Source: an uncultured delta proteobacterium (GTDB taxonomy: Bacteria > Myxococcota > Myxococcia > Myxococcales > Anaeromyxobacteraceae). From it: DNA of 64,000 nt. This document shows, one piece after another, positions 41,489 to 56,652 of this stretch (within the stretch, counting starts at the first letter, position 1; the number at the start of each line of letters is the position of its first letter). The position numbers and the translations under genes are program-made. The notes beneath the pieces are model-generated. The model was not told the DNA's origin and ran no database searches. It saw only the letters and a list, made by a program, of their open reading frames with translations. Where the stretch lies: NCBI GenBank assembly GCA_963845515.1, contig CAWJSR010000002.1, positions 96,001 through 160,000 on the forward strand. Direction: 5' to 3'.

Positions 41489-44419
41489 GCGACCAGCACC
41501 TCGTTCAGTTCAGCGCAGCAGCGGCTCCAGCTTCTCCCCGAACAGCTCGTACACCTTCCCGAGCCCGCCCTTCTGGTTGAACGGCACGTCGTCGAAGTCG
41601 TCCTTCTCGATCCCGAAGCTCGCGGCGATGTGGTCCTTGATCGGCGTCGAGCCACTCGCGCTGCTCGGGCGTGAAGCGCCGGCCCCGGTTCTCCTGCTGG
41701 GCCAGCCAGTTCTGGAACCGCTCCTCGACCTGCTCGGCGAAGGGCACGAGCTTCGTCGTCCTGGTGGAGGGCGAACCGGACCAGCGACGACGACGTCGGT
41801 CAGGAGCCGCGTCGCGCCCGGCGCCCTGCACCTTGGACCGTGTCGAGCGTCTCGTAGGCCCGCCAGAGCAGCTCGGGCGTCCACGACCGCGGCGGCGCCT
41901 TGATCGCCTCGGCCAGCGCCTTGATGTCCTTGAAGCGGAGCCGCTTCGCGTAGGGCTGCGAGTAGAGGACCTGGAGCGCGGTGATCTCGTCCTTGTTCTC
42001 CGCGATGAACTTCTCGAAGCGACGCGACGAGCCCCTTGGCCTTCTCCTTGCGCCTCGTCCGAGAAGCCGGCCTCGAGCACCTCGTCCTTGGTGACGTGTC
42101 GATGGTCTGCTCGACCTGCGTCTTGAGGTCGAGCGATGCTCGTCCCGGAGCTTCGGGTTCGGCGGCGAGCGGCGCGAGCGGCCTCCTTGATGAGCGCCTG
42201 CGGCCGCCTTCGCGACCGCTGCCGGCGGACGGCGTCGGCGCCGGCGGGCAGCTTCTCGGCGCGCGCGGGCCTCCTCGACGTGCCGGTCGGGGTCGAGCGC
42301 CTCCACGAGGCTCGCTGGACGATGGCCTGGAGCGGCACGCCGCCGGCGAGCTCCTGCGAGCGCGCTGCTGCTCGGGCTTGCCGAGCTGGCGGCTCGATCC
42401 GCGCGAGGCGGCTCGCCAGCGAGGAGACGATCTCGGGGCTCGTGTTGCCCGAAGGCGACCGAGCCTGGAGGAGCTTCTCGAACGGGACGCCGGGGCTCTT
42501 CTCGAGCGGCTTCGAGTCCATCAGCTCGCGTCTCGCAGACGCCGACGCAGTCCACGATGACGAAGTGGTCCTTCGTCGTGCGCGTCCGGCGTGACCGCCT
42601 GGAAGTCGCGCGTCGTCGATGACCCGGACGCCGCGCCCCTTCATCTGCTCGAAGAAGTTCCGGCTCTTCACCGACCGCATGAACATCACGATCTCGAGCG
42701 GCTTCACGTCGGTGCCGGTGGCGATCATGTCCACCGTGACGACGATGCGCGGGTTGAAGCTGTTGCGGAAGGACGAGAGCAGGTCCTCGGGCTTCACGCC
42801 CGGTGGACTTGTAGGTAGGTCACGTCCGCCCGTCGACCGGGTCCGACGACGCGGGCCGTGCCGGTCCGGTAGGTGATCTTCTCGCAGAACTCGTTGCCCT
42901 CGGCCGAACTCCTCGCGGACGATCTGGACGATGTCGTCGGCGTGGCGAGTCGTCCTTCGCGAAGATGAGCGTCTTCGGGACCTCGCGTGCGGCCGGGGAA
43001 GATCTCGGTGAAGAGCCTGTCCCGGAAGGTCCGGACCACGGTCCGGATCTGGTCCACGCGCCACCACGTCGCGGTCGAGGTCGGTCGCCTCGTAGGTGAG
43101 GTCCTCGTCGAGCTTCTCCCAGCGGACGGCGCGGGTGTCGCGGTCGCGCTTGTCGACGAAGTGCCCGGCCTCGACCGTCGCGCCCTGCTCGGTGATCTGG
43201 GTCCGGATCCGGTAGACGTCGAAGTCGACGTTGCACGCCGTCGGCGACGGCCTGCTCGTGGCCGTACTCCATCACGAGGTTCTGGTTGAAGAAGCCGAAG
43301 CGTCTGCTTCGACGGGCGTCGCGGTGAGGCCGACGAGGTAGGCGTCGAAGTACTCGAGCACCTGGCGCCAGAGGTTGTAGATGCGAGCGGTGGCACTCGT
43401 CGGTCCAGATGAAGTCGAAGGTCTCGACGGGGATCGCCGGGTTGTAGGCGACCGGGACCGGGTCCCGGCGCAGGTCGTCCAGCGTGAAGGCCGACGCCTC
43501 CTCCAGCTCCGGGTCGAGTCTCCTCGCCCTTGAGCATCGAGTAGAGCCGCTGGATGGTGCGTGATGACGACGCGGGCGACCGGGTCGATGCTTGTTCGAG
43601 GTGAGGAGCTGGACGTTGTACAGCTCGGTGAACTTCCGGCCGTCGTCGGGGGTGACGTACTGCTGGAACTCCTTGAGCGCCTGCCGCCCGAGGTTGCCGC
43701 GGTCCACGAGGAAGAGGACGCGCTTGGCCTTCGCCGTACTTGACGAGGCGGTAGATCGACGAGACCGCCGTGAAGGTCTTGCCGCGAGCCGGTCGCCATC
43801 TGGATGAGGGCGCGCGGGCGGTCCTCCGACGAGCGACACTCTCGAGGTTCCGGATGGCCTTCGACCTGGGCGGGCCAGAGGCCCTTCTCGTCGAGCGCGG
43901 GGAGGTGCCGGCAGGCGGGCGCGGAGGGTCGCGGGACGCTCGCTCTCGGGCTGGGGCTTCCCGTTGCTCAGCGGCAGCCAGAGCGGCTCGGCGTCCAGCC
44001 ACTCGGCGAGCGTCTCGGGCCGGTGGAAGGTGAAGACGCGCGCGGCTGCGCGGCTCGGGGTCGAGGCAGGTTGGTGAAGCGGGTCTCGACGCCGGTCGAC
44101 TGGTAGAGGAACGGGAGCGGGCCGGTGGTGGGCCGGGAGCGCCGGCCGGGAGGCCCGTCGGCGTACTTCTCGGCCTGGACCTCGACGCCGGTCAGCGGCG
44201 TGCCGTCCTTCTTCGCCTCGACGACGCCGGCGGCCTTGCCGTCGACGAAGAGCAGGTAGTCGGCGTGGCCGTGCCCCTTGGCCAGCGGGAACTCGCGGAC
44301 GGCGACGCCGCGGCCGGCGTCGAGGTTCGCCGCGTGCGAGCTCCTGAACGACCCAGCCCGCGGCCGTCGAGGGCCTCGTCGATGTCCTGGCGGGCCTGTT
44401 GCTCGGGCGTGAGCGGCAC
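41485..44419 (-). CDS. hsdR: type I RM restriction subunit (many apparent frameshifts)
   Basis: [19 protein letters not shown] nuclease motif, [42 protein letters not shown] pieces in shifting frames. Confidence 0.88.
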
Positions 44420-44551
44420 CGACGACTCCCCCGGGGTGAAGCGGGAGCACTCCAGCCGGCTCCCTGCCAAGGCAGCCATTCAACCCTATCCGAGGGACGG
44501 ACGCGACGAAGGAGAGCGAGCTCAAGTCCGAACTGAGTCGCTCATACTGAG

Positions 44552-44981
44552 TCAGTCCGTATCACCGGGCTTCACCTGGAAGCCAAAGGTCCAGAAATGG
44601 CTGTCGAAGGTGAAGACCTGAAAGAATCCCAAGTCGGATCATGACCGAAGCGCAGAGCGCATCGTGGAAGCTGAGGTCGTGCTCCCTGTACTTCTCAAGC
44701 AGGGCGCGCGCGCTTTCCTCGTCTTCCTGAGTGAAGCGAATCAACTCCACCTGGCCAGAGCGAAGGAATTCGAACGCCTCTGAGGCCCTGGGGTACGAGA
44801 ACTCGTACCGCATGTGGGTGTAGGCCTCGTGCGCGGTTGCGTCGAGGGCAGCCCATCGAACGGAGGAATCGGCGCCGAAGTACGCCTTCGCCGATTCGTG
44901 AAAGCGATCGTTTCTGTCTTGGAGAGCTACGACGGCCGCGGTGTCGATTAGGACGGTGCGGTCCCAGACCGTTCCGAACAT
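44552..44981 (-). CDS. PIN-domain (VapC-like) ribonuclease (apparent frameshift near the 3' end)
   Basis: VLIDTAA, D.FHE.A, E, LSFHDALC..VM..LGI, then FTFDSHF in a shifted frame. Confidence 0.82.
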
Positions 44982-44984
44982 CCA

Positions 44985-45196
44985 CTACCGATCGGTGCCA
45001 GGCTCGGTCGCGACCCGCAGTGCGGCCACGAAGGGCGACGGACCTGCCGCGACACGGTACATGCGCCATCGATCACGCGGTAAACGCCCTCGGGCATACA
45101 CGTCTCAGGAGCGGCCCCGTAATGCGTCTCAGGGCTACCCGTGAAGTAGTTCGACGCTTCCTCGGCTGTAGACAGTGAGAACTGGAACTGGATCAT
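44985..45196 (-). CDS. small hypothetical protein (~70 aa; probable frameshift)
   Basis: ATGA-coupled to the protease gene; MIQFQFSLSTAEEASNYFTG...PEGVYRVIDG; a shifted-frame TAG lies 3 nt before the PIN start. Confidence 0.5.
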
Positions 45197-46331
45197 ACGG
45201 TCACCCCGAGAGGCTCCTTGTTGTGAACCCACCCCTGAGCCATCACCTCAATGACGTAGTCCCGCGCAAGTCCGGGGATGAGGGGTATACCCTGACCGAC
45301 CGGAACCTGCACCTGAACATTGGGGGGGATCTTGGAGTGCTGTCTTACCCTTGCCTTGGTCTCGAAGAGGTAGGACCAGTGCCTACTCTCGACGGCTCCA
45401 CCTATGAAGCGGGCATCCTCCTGGAGTTTGTCTCCGAGGTCGGCACCCAGTACGTACGGCCTTCGGAGTTCAAACCGGTCTTCGTAGGCGCGTAGGAGAT
45501 CGTCCATCGCGACCGCCAGGTCGTCAGTGGCGAACTTCACGTGCTCTTCACCGAGGATCTTCACGGCCTCATGCCGGTTGATCATGTGAAGGTGCGAGTA
45601 GAAGCTCGTCGTGAGGGCATCAACGGCTTCCCCGTTCTTGCGGCTGGGTACCGGATGCAGCGCCAGCAAGTTCTCCGCCAGCTTCTTGATCTGCCGGTAG
45701 ACGCGGTGAACGTTGCCAATGGCGAGCGGGTGAACCTGCAGCACAAGCTTCTCCAGGAACTGGGCGACGTCCTGAGGGGCGAGGTCTTCCGCCCCGCTCT
45801 TCTCGCGAAGTTGGTCTGCCGCGAATGTCAGGTACTGCTGAACATCCTCCACGCTAATGGCGAGCCAATCCTGCGGGTTCGTCGGGTCGATAGGGTTGAA
45901 CTGGTTGCCCGTGCTGGGATCGATCGGGCTCAACTCGGACATGGGTCCGGAAAGATGGACTTGGCCCCAAGGGCCAGGAGCGTTCCGCTGCTGTGACATC
46001 GAAACGGAACGAGAACCTGGAAGTCGGGATCGAACTCGCGAAGGATTCCCACAATGGGCCACACAGAATTCGTGTCCCCGCCGCGAGTGTAGAGGCAGAG
46101 GTCCACGCCCTTGTTCCCGGCCTTGGTGGACTCTTTCAGAACTCGAAAAAGGGCCTCCTTTACCTCAGCGTGGAACTGGGTCGAGATTCCACCAATGCCC
46201 GGGAGACTCGTCCGATCGAAATTGAAGAAGCAGATGAGGGCGCGCCCTTGGCGCAGCGCCTCGATTCTCTCCATCAGCGGCTTGCGCTTCTCGTACACCA
46301 TCGATTCGGGTACAGGAGGCTTGATCGGCAT
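45193..46331 (-). CDS. ClpP/crotonase-fold serine protease (SDH/S49-like); apparent frameshifts ~46070 and ~45960
   Basis: DLCLYTRGGD, VLVPFRCHSSGTLLALGA (nucleophile Ser), MSELSPIDP, SHLHMINRHEA. Confidence 0.78.
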
Positions 46332-46481
46332 TCGACTTCCTCTCGTCCTAGAGGAGCAGCGGAGGGCAGATGTCCAAGCTCCCTGCCTGGCCCATCCACG
46401 GAGCGTTAGAATCCTCCGTTCTGCGAGCTGCAACAACTTCTATGACACCGCGAGTCTGAATCTGAGCGTGCTCCTCGGCGC

Positions 46482-48456
<1,975 letters not shown>

Positions 48457-48506
48457 GGGCACTTCTTAGCACCGGCGCGACCGCCGGTGGGCGGCACGCG
48501 GTGCGG

Positions 48507-48545
48507 CCCCCTCTCCCTGCCCTCTCCCCCGGTGGGGGAGCGGGG
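48507..48545. repeat. REP-like palindromic repeat
   Basis: cccctctccctgccctctccccc-ggt-gggggagcgggg. Confidence 0.65.
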
Positions 48546-48560
48546 AGGATTCTCAGTCTC

Positions 48561-49694
<1,134 letters not shown>

Positions 49695-49707
49695 TGTCGC
49701 CTCTCCC

Positions 49708-50400
<693 letters not shown>

Positions 50401-50484
50401 GGGAAGTAGATATCGCAGCCAGTCGCATGGCGTCGAGGCGCACACGTGGGACGGTACCCGGAGGGTGCGCTAGGATGCGGCCGG

Positions 50485-51577
50485 ATGCGTCCCATATCCC
50501 TCGCCCCCACCCTCGCCCTCGCGGCCATCCTCCTCTCAGCCTGCGCCAGCCCGCGGGCCGTCGGCACGCCCGCGGTGGTGAGCGCCGAGCTCGGCATCTT
50601 CCGGGCAGCCGAGCTCGCGCGCGTCCGGTGCCTCGTGGTGGCGCCGTTCGAGAACGCGTCCAGCGCGCCGCTCGCGGCGGAGGCGGCGACCGCCGCGCTC
50701 CTGTCGGGCGTGGGCGCCAGCGGCACGCGTGTCTTTCCGGTGAAGGAGCTGCGCGCGCTCTTCCGCGACACGCCGGTCGAGCTGCCCGAGGGGATCCCGC
50801 CCAGCCTCGCCATGGAGCTCGCGAAGCTCGTGGGAGCCGACGCCGCGATCTACGGCACCGTCGAGGGCTCCGCGGGCAGCTCCGAGACCGGGCTCCTGGT
50901 CTCCGTCCGGCTCGTCCTCTCTCCCGCGCGTGAGCTGCTCTACGCCTCGACCTTCGCGGTGAAGCCGCGGGCGGGCGAGGAGATCGAGGCCGCGGTGCGG
51001 CGCAGCCTCCGCGACGAGACCCACGAGATGTTCCTCCGGCTCGGGGGTTTCCGCGGCGGCGCCTGCTTCGAGCGCAAGCGGCTGGACTCGCTGCGCGCCC
51101 TCGCGCTCGCGGAGACCGCGCCGGCGCCAGCGCCGGCTGCGCCACCGGTGGCCGCCACCCGGGTGGCCGCGCCGGCCCCGGCCCCGACGCCGGTCACGGT
51201 GACGCCGCGCCAGAAGGAGTGGCTCCACAGGCTCGGGGGCGGCGAACCCTTCATCGTCGAGGACGTCGGCTTCGCAGGGCGGACCACCCAGCTGCGAGCG
51301 CGACAGCGGGCTCGCCGACCTCGCCATCGCGCTCGCCGCCCTGCCCGAGCTGAAGCTCAGGATCGAGGGGCACGTCGACGCCACCCACGACTCGGCGGCC
51401 GATGCCCGGCTCTCGATGGCCATGGCGCAGGCCGCCGCCGATCGGCTCGTCGACCTCGGCGTGCCGCGAGCCCGGATCCAGGTCGCGGGGCGCGGCGCCG
51501 AGAACCCCCGGCTGCCGAACTTCACCGCGCGCGGCCGCGCCACCAACCGCCGGATCGAAGCGGTCGGCCTGAAGTAG
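50485..51577 (+). CDS. lipoprotein with C-terminal OmpA-like domain (apparent frameshift ~51295)
   Basis: LLSAC lipobox; shifted-frame IEGHVD...LS..A...GRGAENPRLPN...RATNRRIE. Confidence 0.75.
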
Positions 51578-51587
51578 GGAGCCAGCC

Positions 51588-52880
51588 GTGGAACGACACC
51601 TGCGATTCTTCGCCACCTGCGCCAAGGGCACCGAGGGCGCGCTCCGCAAGGAGCTCGCCGCCGCCGGGCTGAAGCACCTCAAGGGCGAGCGCGGCGGCGT
51701 CCACTTCGAGGGGCGGCTCGAGGCCGGCATGCGCGCCTGCCTCCACTCGCGGACCGCGATGAGGGTGCTCCTGGAGGTCGCGACCTTCCCCGCGCCCGAC
51801 CGGGACGGGCTCTACGAGGGGGCGCGCGCGGCGGAGTGGACCGAGTGGCTGACGCCGAAGCACACCTTCGCCGTCGAGGCGAGCGTCGCCTCCACCACCC
51901 TCACCCACTCCGGCTTCGCCGCCCTCGTCGTGAAGGACGCCGTCGTCGACGCGCTCAGGGAGGCGGCGGGCGACCGGCCCAACGTGGACGCGAAGGATCC
52001 CGACGTCCTGCTGGTGCTCCACGTCGCCCGCGACCAGGCGACCCTCTCGCTCGACCTCGCCGGCCACCCCCTCCACCGGCGTGGCTACCGTGCGGAGATG
52101 ACCAAGGCGCCTCTCAAGGAGACGCTGGGCGCGGCCATGCTCTCCCTGGGCGGCGTCGCGCTCGACGCGCCATTCGTCGATCCAATGGCCGGCTCTGGGA
52201 CGCTGGCCATCGAGCAGGCGCTGCGCGCCCGCCGGATCCCGCCCGGGCTGGGGCGGTCGTTCGGCTTCCAGCGCTGGCCCGCCTATCGCGGCGGACCGCA
52301 GTCGGCGTGGGATCGGCTCCGGGCCGAGGCACGCGCCGAGATCCTGCCGCACGCCCCCGCCCCCATCCTCGCGCGCGACCTCAACCCGAAGGCGGTCGCG
52401 GCCATCCGCGCCAACGCCGAGGCCGCCGGCGTGGGCGGAGACCTCGTCATCGAGCGCGGCGACGCGCGCGACCTGATCGGCGGGAGCGTGGTCGGCACGA
52501 TCTGCACCAACCCGCCGTACGGGGAGCGGCTTGGCGGCGTCGACCGCTCCGACGAGCCGCCGCCCCGCAACGACCGGCAGGGCAGGCGAGACCGGCCGGA
52601 CCGGCGCGGCGAGCCGGGGCACGACCGCGGCCGGCCCTCGCGCGACGCCGAAGAGGAGGAGGTCGATCCTCGCGTCGCGGCGAAGAAGCTGGCCGGGTTC
52701 TACCGCGGCTTCGCAGAGATGCTGGAGCGGCACGCGGGCTGGACGGCCGTCATCCTCTCCGGCAACACGGCGCTGCAGGATGCCATCCCCTGGCGCCCCG
52801 AGGTGGACCACAAGCTCTGGAACGGGCCGCTGGAGGTCCACCTCCTCCGCTACGTGGTCCCGCCGAAGCGCGAGCGCTGA
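51588..52880 (+). CDS. THUMP-domain RNA methyltransferase (RlmL-like)
   Basis: LHRRGYR, APLKETL, DPMAGSGT, TNPPYGERL, LWNGPL. Confidence 0.85.
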   Translation: MERHLRFFATCAKGTEGALRKELAAAGLKHLKGERGGVHFEGRLEAGMRACLHSRTAMRVLLEVATFPAPDRDGLYEGARAAEWTEWLTPKHTFAVEASVASTTLTHSGFAALVVKDAVVDALREAAGDRPNVDAKDPDVLLVLHVARDQATLSLDLAGHPLHRRGYRAEMTKAPLKETLGAAMLSLGGVALDAPFVDPMAGSGTLAIEQALRARRIPPGLGRSFGFQRWPAYRGGPQSAWDRLRAEARAEILPHAPAPILARDLNPKAVAAIRANAEAAGVGGDLVIERGDARDLIGGSVVGTICTNPPYGERLGGVDRSDEPPPRNDRQGRRDRPDRRGEPGHDRGRPSRDAEEEEVDPRVAAKKLAGFYRGFAEMLERHAGWTAVILSGNTALQDAIPWRPEVDHKLWNGPLEVHLLRYVVPPKRER

Positions 52881-53071
52881 CGGTTCGAAGCCGGGGTGCG
52901 GCTTTCTGCCGCACCGGGCGCTCGCCGCCGCGTCTGGCCGCGGTTCGTTGACGCAGGCGCGAACCTCAAACCGATCGGCCCGCTCACACGACCGAACGCG
53001 ACGTGTGTTCGCGGCCGGGCCATACCGGCCACGACCCGCAGCCCACGGCGCCAAACGAGGAGCGGACCACC

Positions 53072-54313
53072 ATGAAGAGCGTCTCGTATCGCGGCTTGCT
53101 CGCGGCAGCGGTGCTGCTGTCGGCAGCGCCGGCCGCCGCCACCAACGGCATGCGCATGATCGGCTTCGGACCGGTGCAGGACTCGATGGGCGGCGCCTCG
53201 GTCGGCGCCCCGCTCGACTCCTCCACGATCGTCACCAACCCGGCCGGCATGAGCGCGCTCGGCATGCGCGTCGACGCCGCCGGCACGTACTTCAAGCCGA
53301 CGGTGAAGTACACGGCGACGGACGCGCCTGGCACCGTCCGGCACGCGAGCAGGAGTCGGACCGGGCCGCCTCGATCATCCCGACGCTCGGCTTCATCTAC
53401 CCGGTGAACGACAAGCTCTCCCTCGGCCTCGGCGTCGTCGGCGTCTCCGGCATGGGCGTCGACTACGCGGCCGACCTCTTCGGCAGCACGACGCTGACCT
53501 CCTACATGAACCTGCGCGTCGCCCCGGCGGCGTCCTACAAGATCAACGACCAGCTCGCGGTCGGCGTCGCCGCGAACCTCATGTACGCGACGATGGAGTA
53601 GGACGGTCGCGTGCGCGGCCATGGCGAGCAGGAGCCGCGCGACGCGACCGGCGCCTTCGGCTTCGGCGCCACGATCGGCCTCACCTACAAGCCGATCAAG
53701 GACCTCACGGTCGGCCTCGCCTACGAGACGAAGAGCTTCTTCGGCGACTTCGAGTGGGACATCCCGCGCACACGTACTTCACCGGCGCTCCCGTCATCGC
53801 CCGGCGGCACCGACAAGCTCGACTTCGACCAGCCGCAGGTCGTCACGCTCGGCGCCTCCTACCGCGTGATCGAGCCGCTCCTCGTCGCGGCCGACGTCGA
53901 GTGGATCAACTGGTCCGCCACCAACGGCAAGGACCAGCCCGAGTTCACGACCGACACGAACCTCACCGGCGCGTCGCGCTGGAACATGAACTGGTCGGAC
54001 CAGGTGGTGGTGAAGGTCGGCGCCGAGTACGCGGCGACGAAGGAGCTCAAGATCCGCGCCGGCTACAACTACGGGAAGATGCCGCTCGACGAGAACCGCG
54101 CCTTCGAGAACATCGCCTTCCCGGCCGTCGCCGAGCACCACGTCACGCTGGGCGCCGGCTACGACATCGGCGCGCTCACCGTGAACGTCGCCGGCGTCTG
54201 GTCGCCCGAGGCGAAGATCAGCGGCGCGAACACCGCGCCGCAGGGCATCCTCGAGCTACGAGACGAAGATGTCGCAGATCGCGCTCGACCTGGGCGTCGG
54301 CTACAAGTTCTAG
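53072..54313 (+). CDS. FadL/OmpP1-family outer membrane transport protein (several apparent frameshifts)
   Basis: Signal peptide, ATNGMRMIGFG...MGGA...NPAG hatch motif, beta-strand pattern, C-terminal GYKF. Confidence 0.8.
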
Positions 54314-54346
54314 GCGCAGACCCCCTCACCCGCGTCCATTGGACGT

Positions 54347-54430
54347 CCCCTCTCCTCCACCGGGGGAGAGGGCAAGGGTGAGGGGGCGGTCTCTCCCTCA
54401 CCCTGCCCTCTCCCTCACTGAGGGAGAGGG
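54347..54430. repeat. two REP-like palindromes in inverted arrangement between convergent genes
   Basis: cccctctcctcc-acc-gggggagagggcaagggtgagggg, then ccctcaccctgccctctccctca-c-tgagggagaggg. Confidence 0.7.
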
Positions 54431-54448
54431 AGGTGGAGGAGAGGGGCG

Positions 54449-55613
54449 CTAGAATGAGAACTGCGAGCCGACCATGAGCTCCTTGGTCCGCTCGTTGAAC
54501 GCGCTGTCGTTGTCGGGCAGCGAGAAGCGGTTGCCGTCGGCGATGTGGGCAGAGGCGCGCACGACGAAGTCGCGGGTGAACCAGTAGTTCACGCCGACCG
54601 CCGCCTCGCGGTGGCGCAGGAGCGACTGCGGGCCGGCGAAGCCGGACCAGTAGAGCTTCGTCGCCTCGACCTTCGCCACGGCCTGCCAGTGGTCGCCGAA
54701 CCGGACGCCGCCCTCCACGTAGCCGGCGTCGCTGTTGGCGTTCGCCACGGAGAGCTGGTCGAAGGACACGGCCTCATCCGCGTACCCGGTCTGCCTCTTC
54801 TGGTAGCCGTGGAAGTACTCGGCGCGCAGCAGCCAGCGCTCCGTCTCGTACTGCAGCCGACACCGCTGCGACCCACGTCGGCACGGGCCCCTGCTCCTCC
54901 GGGGTGCGCCCCCAGAAGTAGGAGCCGCGGACCTGGAGCCCCTCGATCGGGGTGACGAGCGTGAGCCGGCCGCCGACGCAGTCCTGCATCTCGACCCAGT
55001 TGCCCGGGTAGTCGGTGTCGACGCCGATGCCGGTCGTCCCGTCGAGGTCGGTCTTGACGGCCCAGGCGTCGTACGGGCTCAGCACGAACTGCGAGATCCC
55101 GCCCGCGAAGAAGTCGTAGGAGAGCTCGTGTCCTGCGGGGAGCTGCTTCGTCCCCGTCAGCCCGACGCCCAGGTACGAGTAGCCACCGAAGCTGGTGTTG
55201 CCGTAGACGCTGCTCGGGAGCCTGAGGAACGGGCGGACCGTGCCGACGTCGTTCACGTCCCATGAGAGGCCGATCGGCACCTTCGGCATGCCGAACCGGA
55301 TGCGGACCTCGTCGGAGGCGCGGTACTCGAAGAAGGCGTAGTCGACGCCGTTCTGCGTGTAGTCCTCGTCCTGGGTGAACTGGAAGGCCGCGGAGAGGTC
55401 GTCGGTCGCCTGCGCCCGGACGGCGAGCGCCAGCGCGGCGTTGTCGTAGTAGCCGTCCTGCGTCCCGAGCTGGAAGCTGTTCCCGTCGGTCTTCCCGTAC
55501 GCCCAGTACGCGTAGCCGGAGATGTTGAGCTTGCCGTCCAGCAGGACGACGGCGTCGGCCCTTCCGGCCAGGAAGGTGAGGGCGAGCAGAGAGGCGAGGC
55601 GAAGCGTGCGCAT
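54449..55613 (-). CDS. outer-membrane beta-barrel/porin-like protein (apparent frameshift ~54860)
   Basis: Signal peptide, alternating strand pattern, C-terminal QFSF. Confidence 0.65.
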
Positions 55614-55729
55614 GTACATGTGTGGTGTTCCCCCGGGTTTGCGCCCTGACGACGAGCGGTCCGAAAACCCTATCAAGGGAGCGCCGACGGGTCACGATTC
55701 GCCTCGGCGGCGCGCTGCGGCGCGCCGCG

Positions 55730-56204
55730 TCATCGCCGCTTCAGCGATAGACCCATGGTGAAGTGGGCCACCGGCTCCTCGCCGTGCTTCGCGGGGACCG
55801 TCGCGACCACCTCCACCGGGATGGTCACGCGCTCGCCCGTCGCGTCGGCGCTCGCCACCGCCGCCGCGATGCGCCGTCCGTCGGCGCAGGCGAACCTCAC
55901 GTCGCCGTCGGCGCGCTTCAGGAACCGCCCCTGCACGTCGGCGAAGATGAGGCTCACCCTGGGATGGCGCTCGCGGATCAGCCGCGCAGCGGCGAGCCCG
56001 GCGGCGAGAATCGGCCCCCGCGCAGAGCGCGCCGAAGTACATGGACCCGACGTGGTTTCGCGAGCGCCAGCGGAGCCTGATGGAGACCTCGCACCGCTCC
56101 TCGTCCAGCCGCTCCACACGCGGGCCGAGGAACAGGAGCACCGGCACCCTGAGGGAGAAGAGGCGGACGAAGAGCGTCTCGCGCAGGAGCATCGGGTGGA
56201 GCAT
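55730..56204 (-). CDS. hotdog-fold thioesterase-like protein (YiiD/DUF4442-like; frameshift ~56010)
   Basis: RNHVGSMYFGALCAGAD, FLKRADGDVRF.C.DG, PVAHFTM.LSLK. Confidence 0.75.
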
Positions 56205-56301
56205 AGCGCCGGGCGTCCTGCCGCGCTTCGCGCTCCAGCAACTAAGAAGGCCGGAATCGCCCCTGGCGATCCCGGCCTCGTCCTGACGGAGCGCTGTTGG
56301 A

Positions 56302-56499
56302 TCAGCGCGTCGCGCCGCCGGCCGCGCCGGCGACGGGAGACTTGGCGCTCTGCTTCTGCACGTACGGAGACTTCGCCTTCTTCCGCGAGTCCTTGACCGT
56401 GACCGAGACTTCCGGCGTCACGGAGTAGCTGGTGGACTTGCTGGTGGCGCAGCCGACGAGGAAGACGGGGACGACGGCGAGCAGGGCGATCCGCTTCAT
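56302..56499 (-). CDS. small lipoprotein
   Basis: MKRIALLAVVPVFLVGC lipobox. Confidence 0.55.
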   Translation of the reverse strand: MKRIALLAVVPVFLVGCATSKSTSYSVTPEVSVTVKDSRKKAKSPYVQKQSAKSPVAGAAGGATR

Positions 56500-56652
56500 G
56501 CTTCGATCTCTTAGCACGAACGGGCCCGCAGGATCGCGATCCCGGCCTGTACCTTCTTTCAGCGACTGCGAGTGCGGCGCACACGGAGCGCGGCCCCCAC
56601 ACCTCTCGCACCTCGCGCCGTCCCACCCGCTCCCACCCATGCCGACCTGGGA

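Larger units (their letters stand above)
14793..46480. mobile_element. tRNA-Gly-anchored composite genomic/defence island (right boundary approximate)
   Basis: Starts at the tRNA 3' end; contains tyrosine recombinases, IS66, IS3 and many defence genes; visibly more A/T at third codon positions than the flanks; no attR copy found. Confidence 0.7.

Noticed and set aside
14770..46480. attR direct repeat of the tRNA-Gly 3' end
   Set aside because: I could not find a second copy by eye in the window, so the right boundary is inferred only from gene content and composition.
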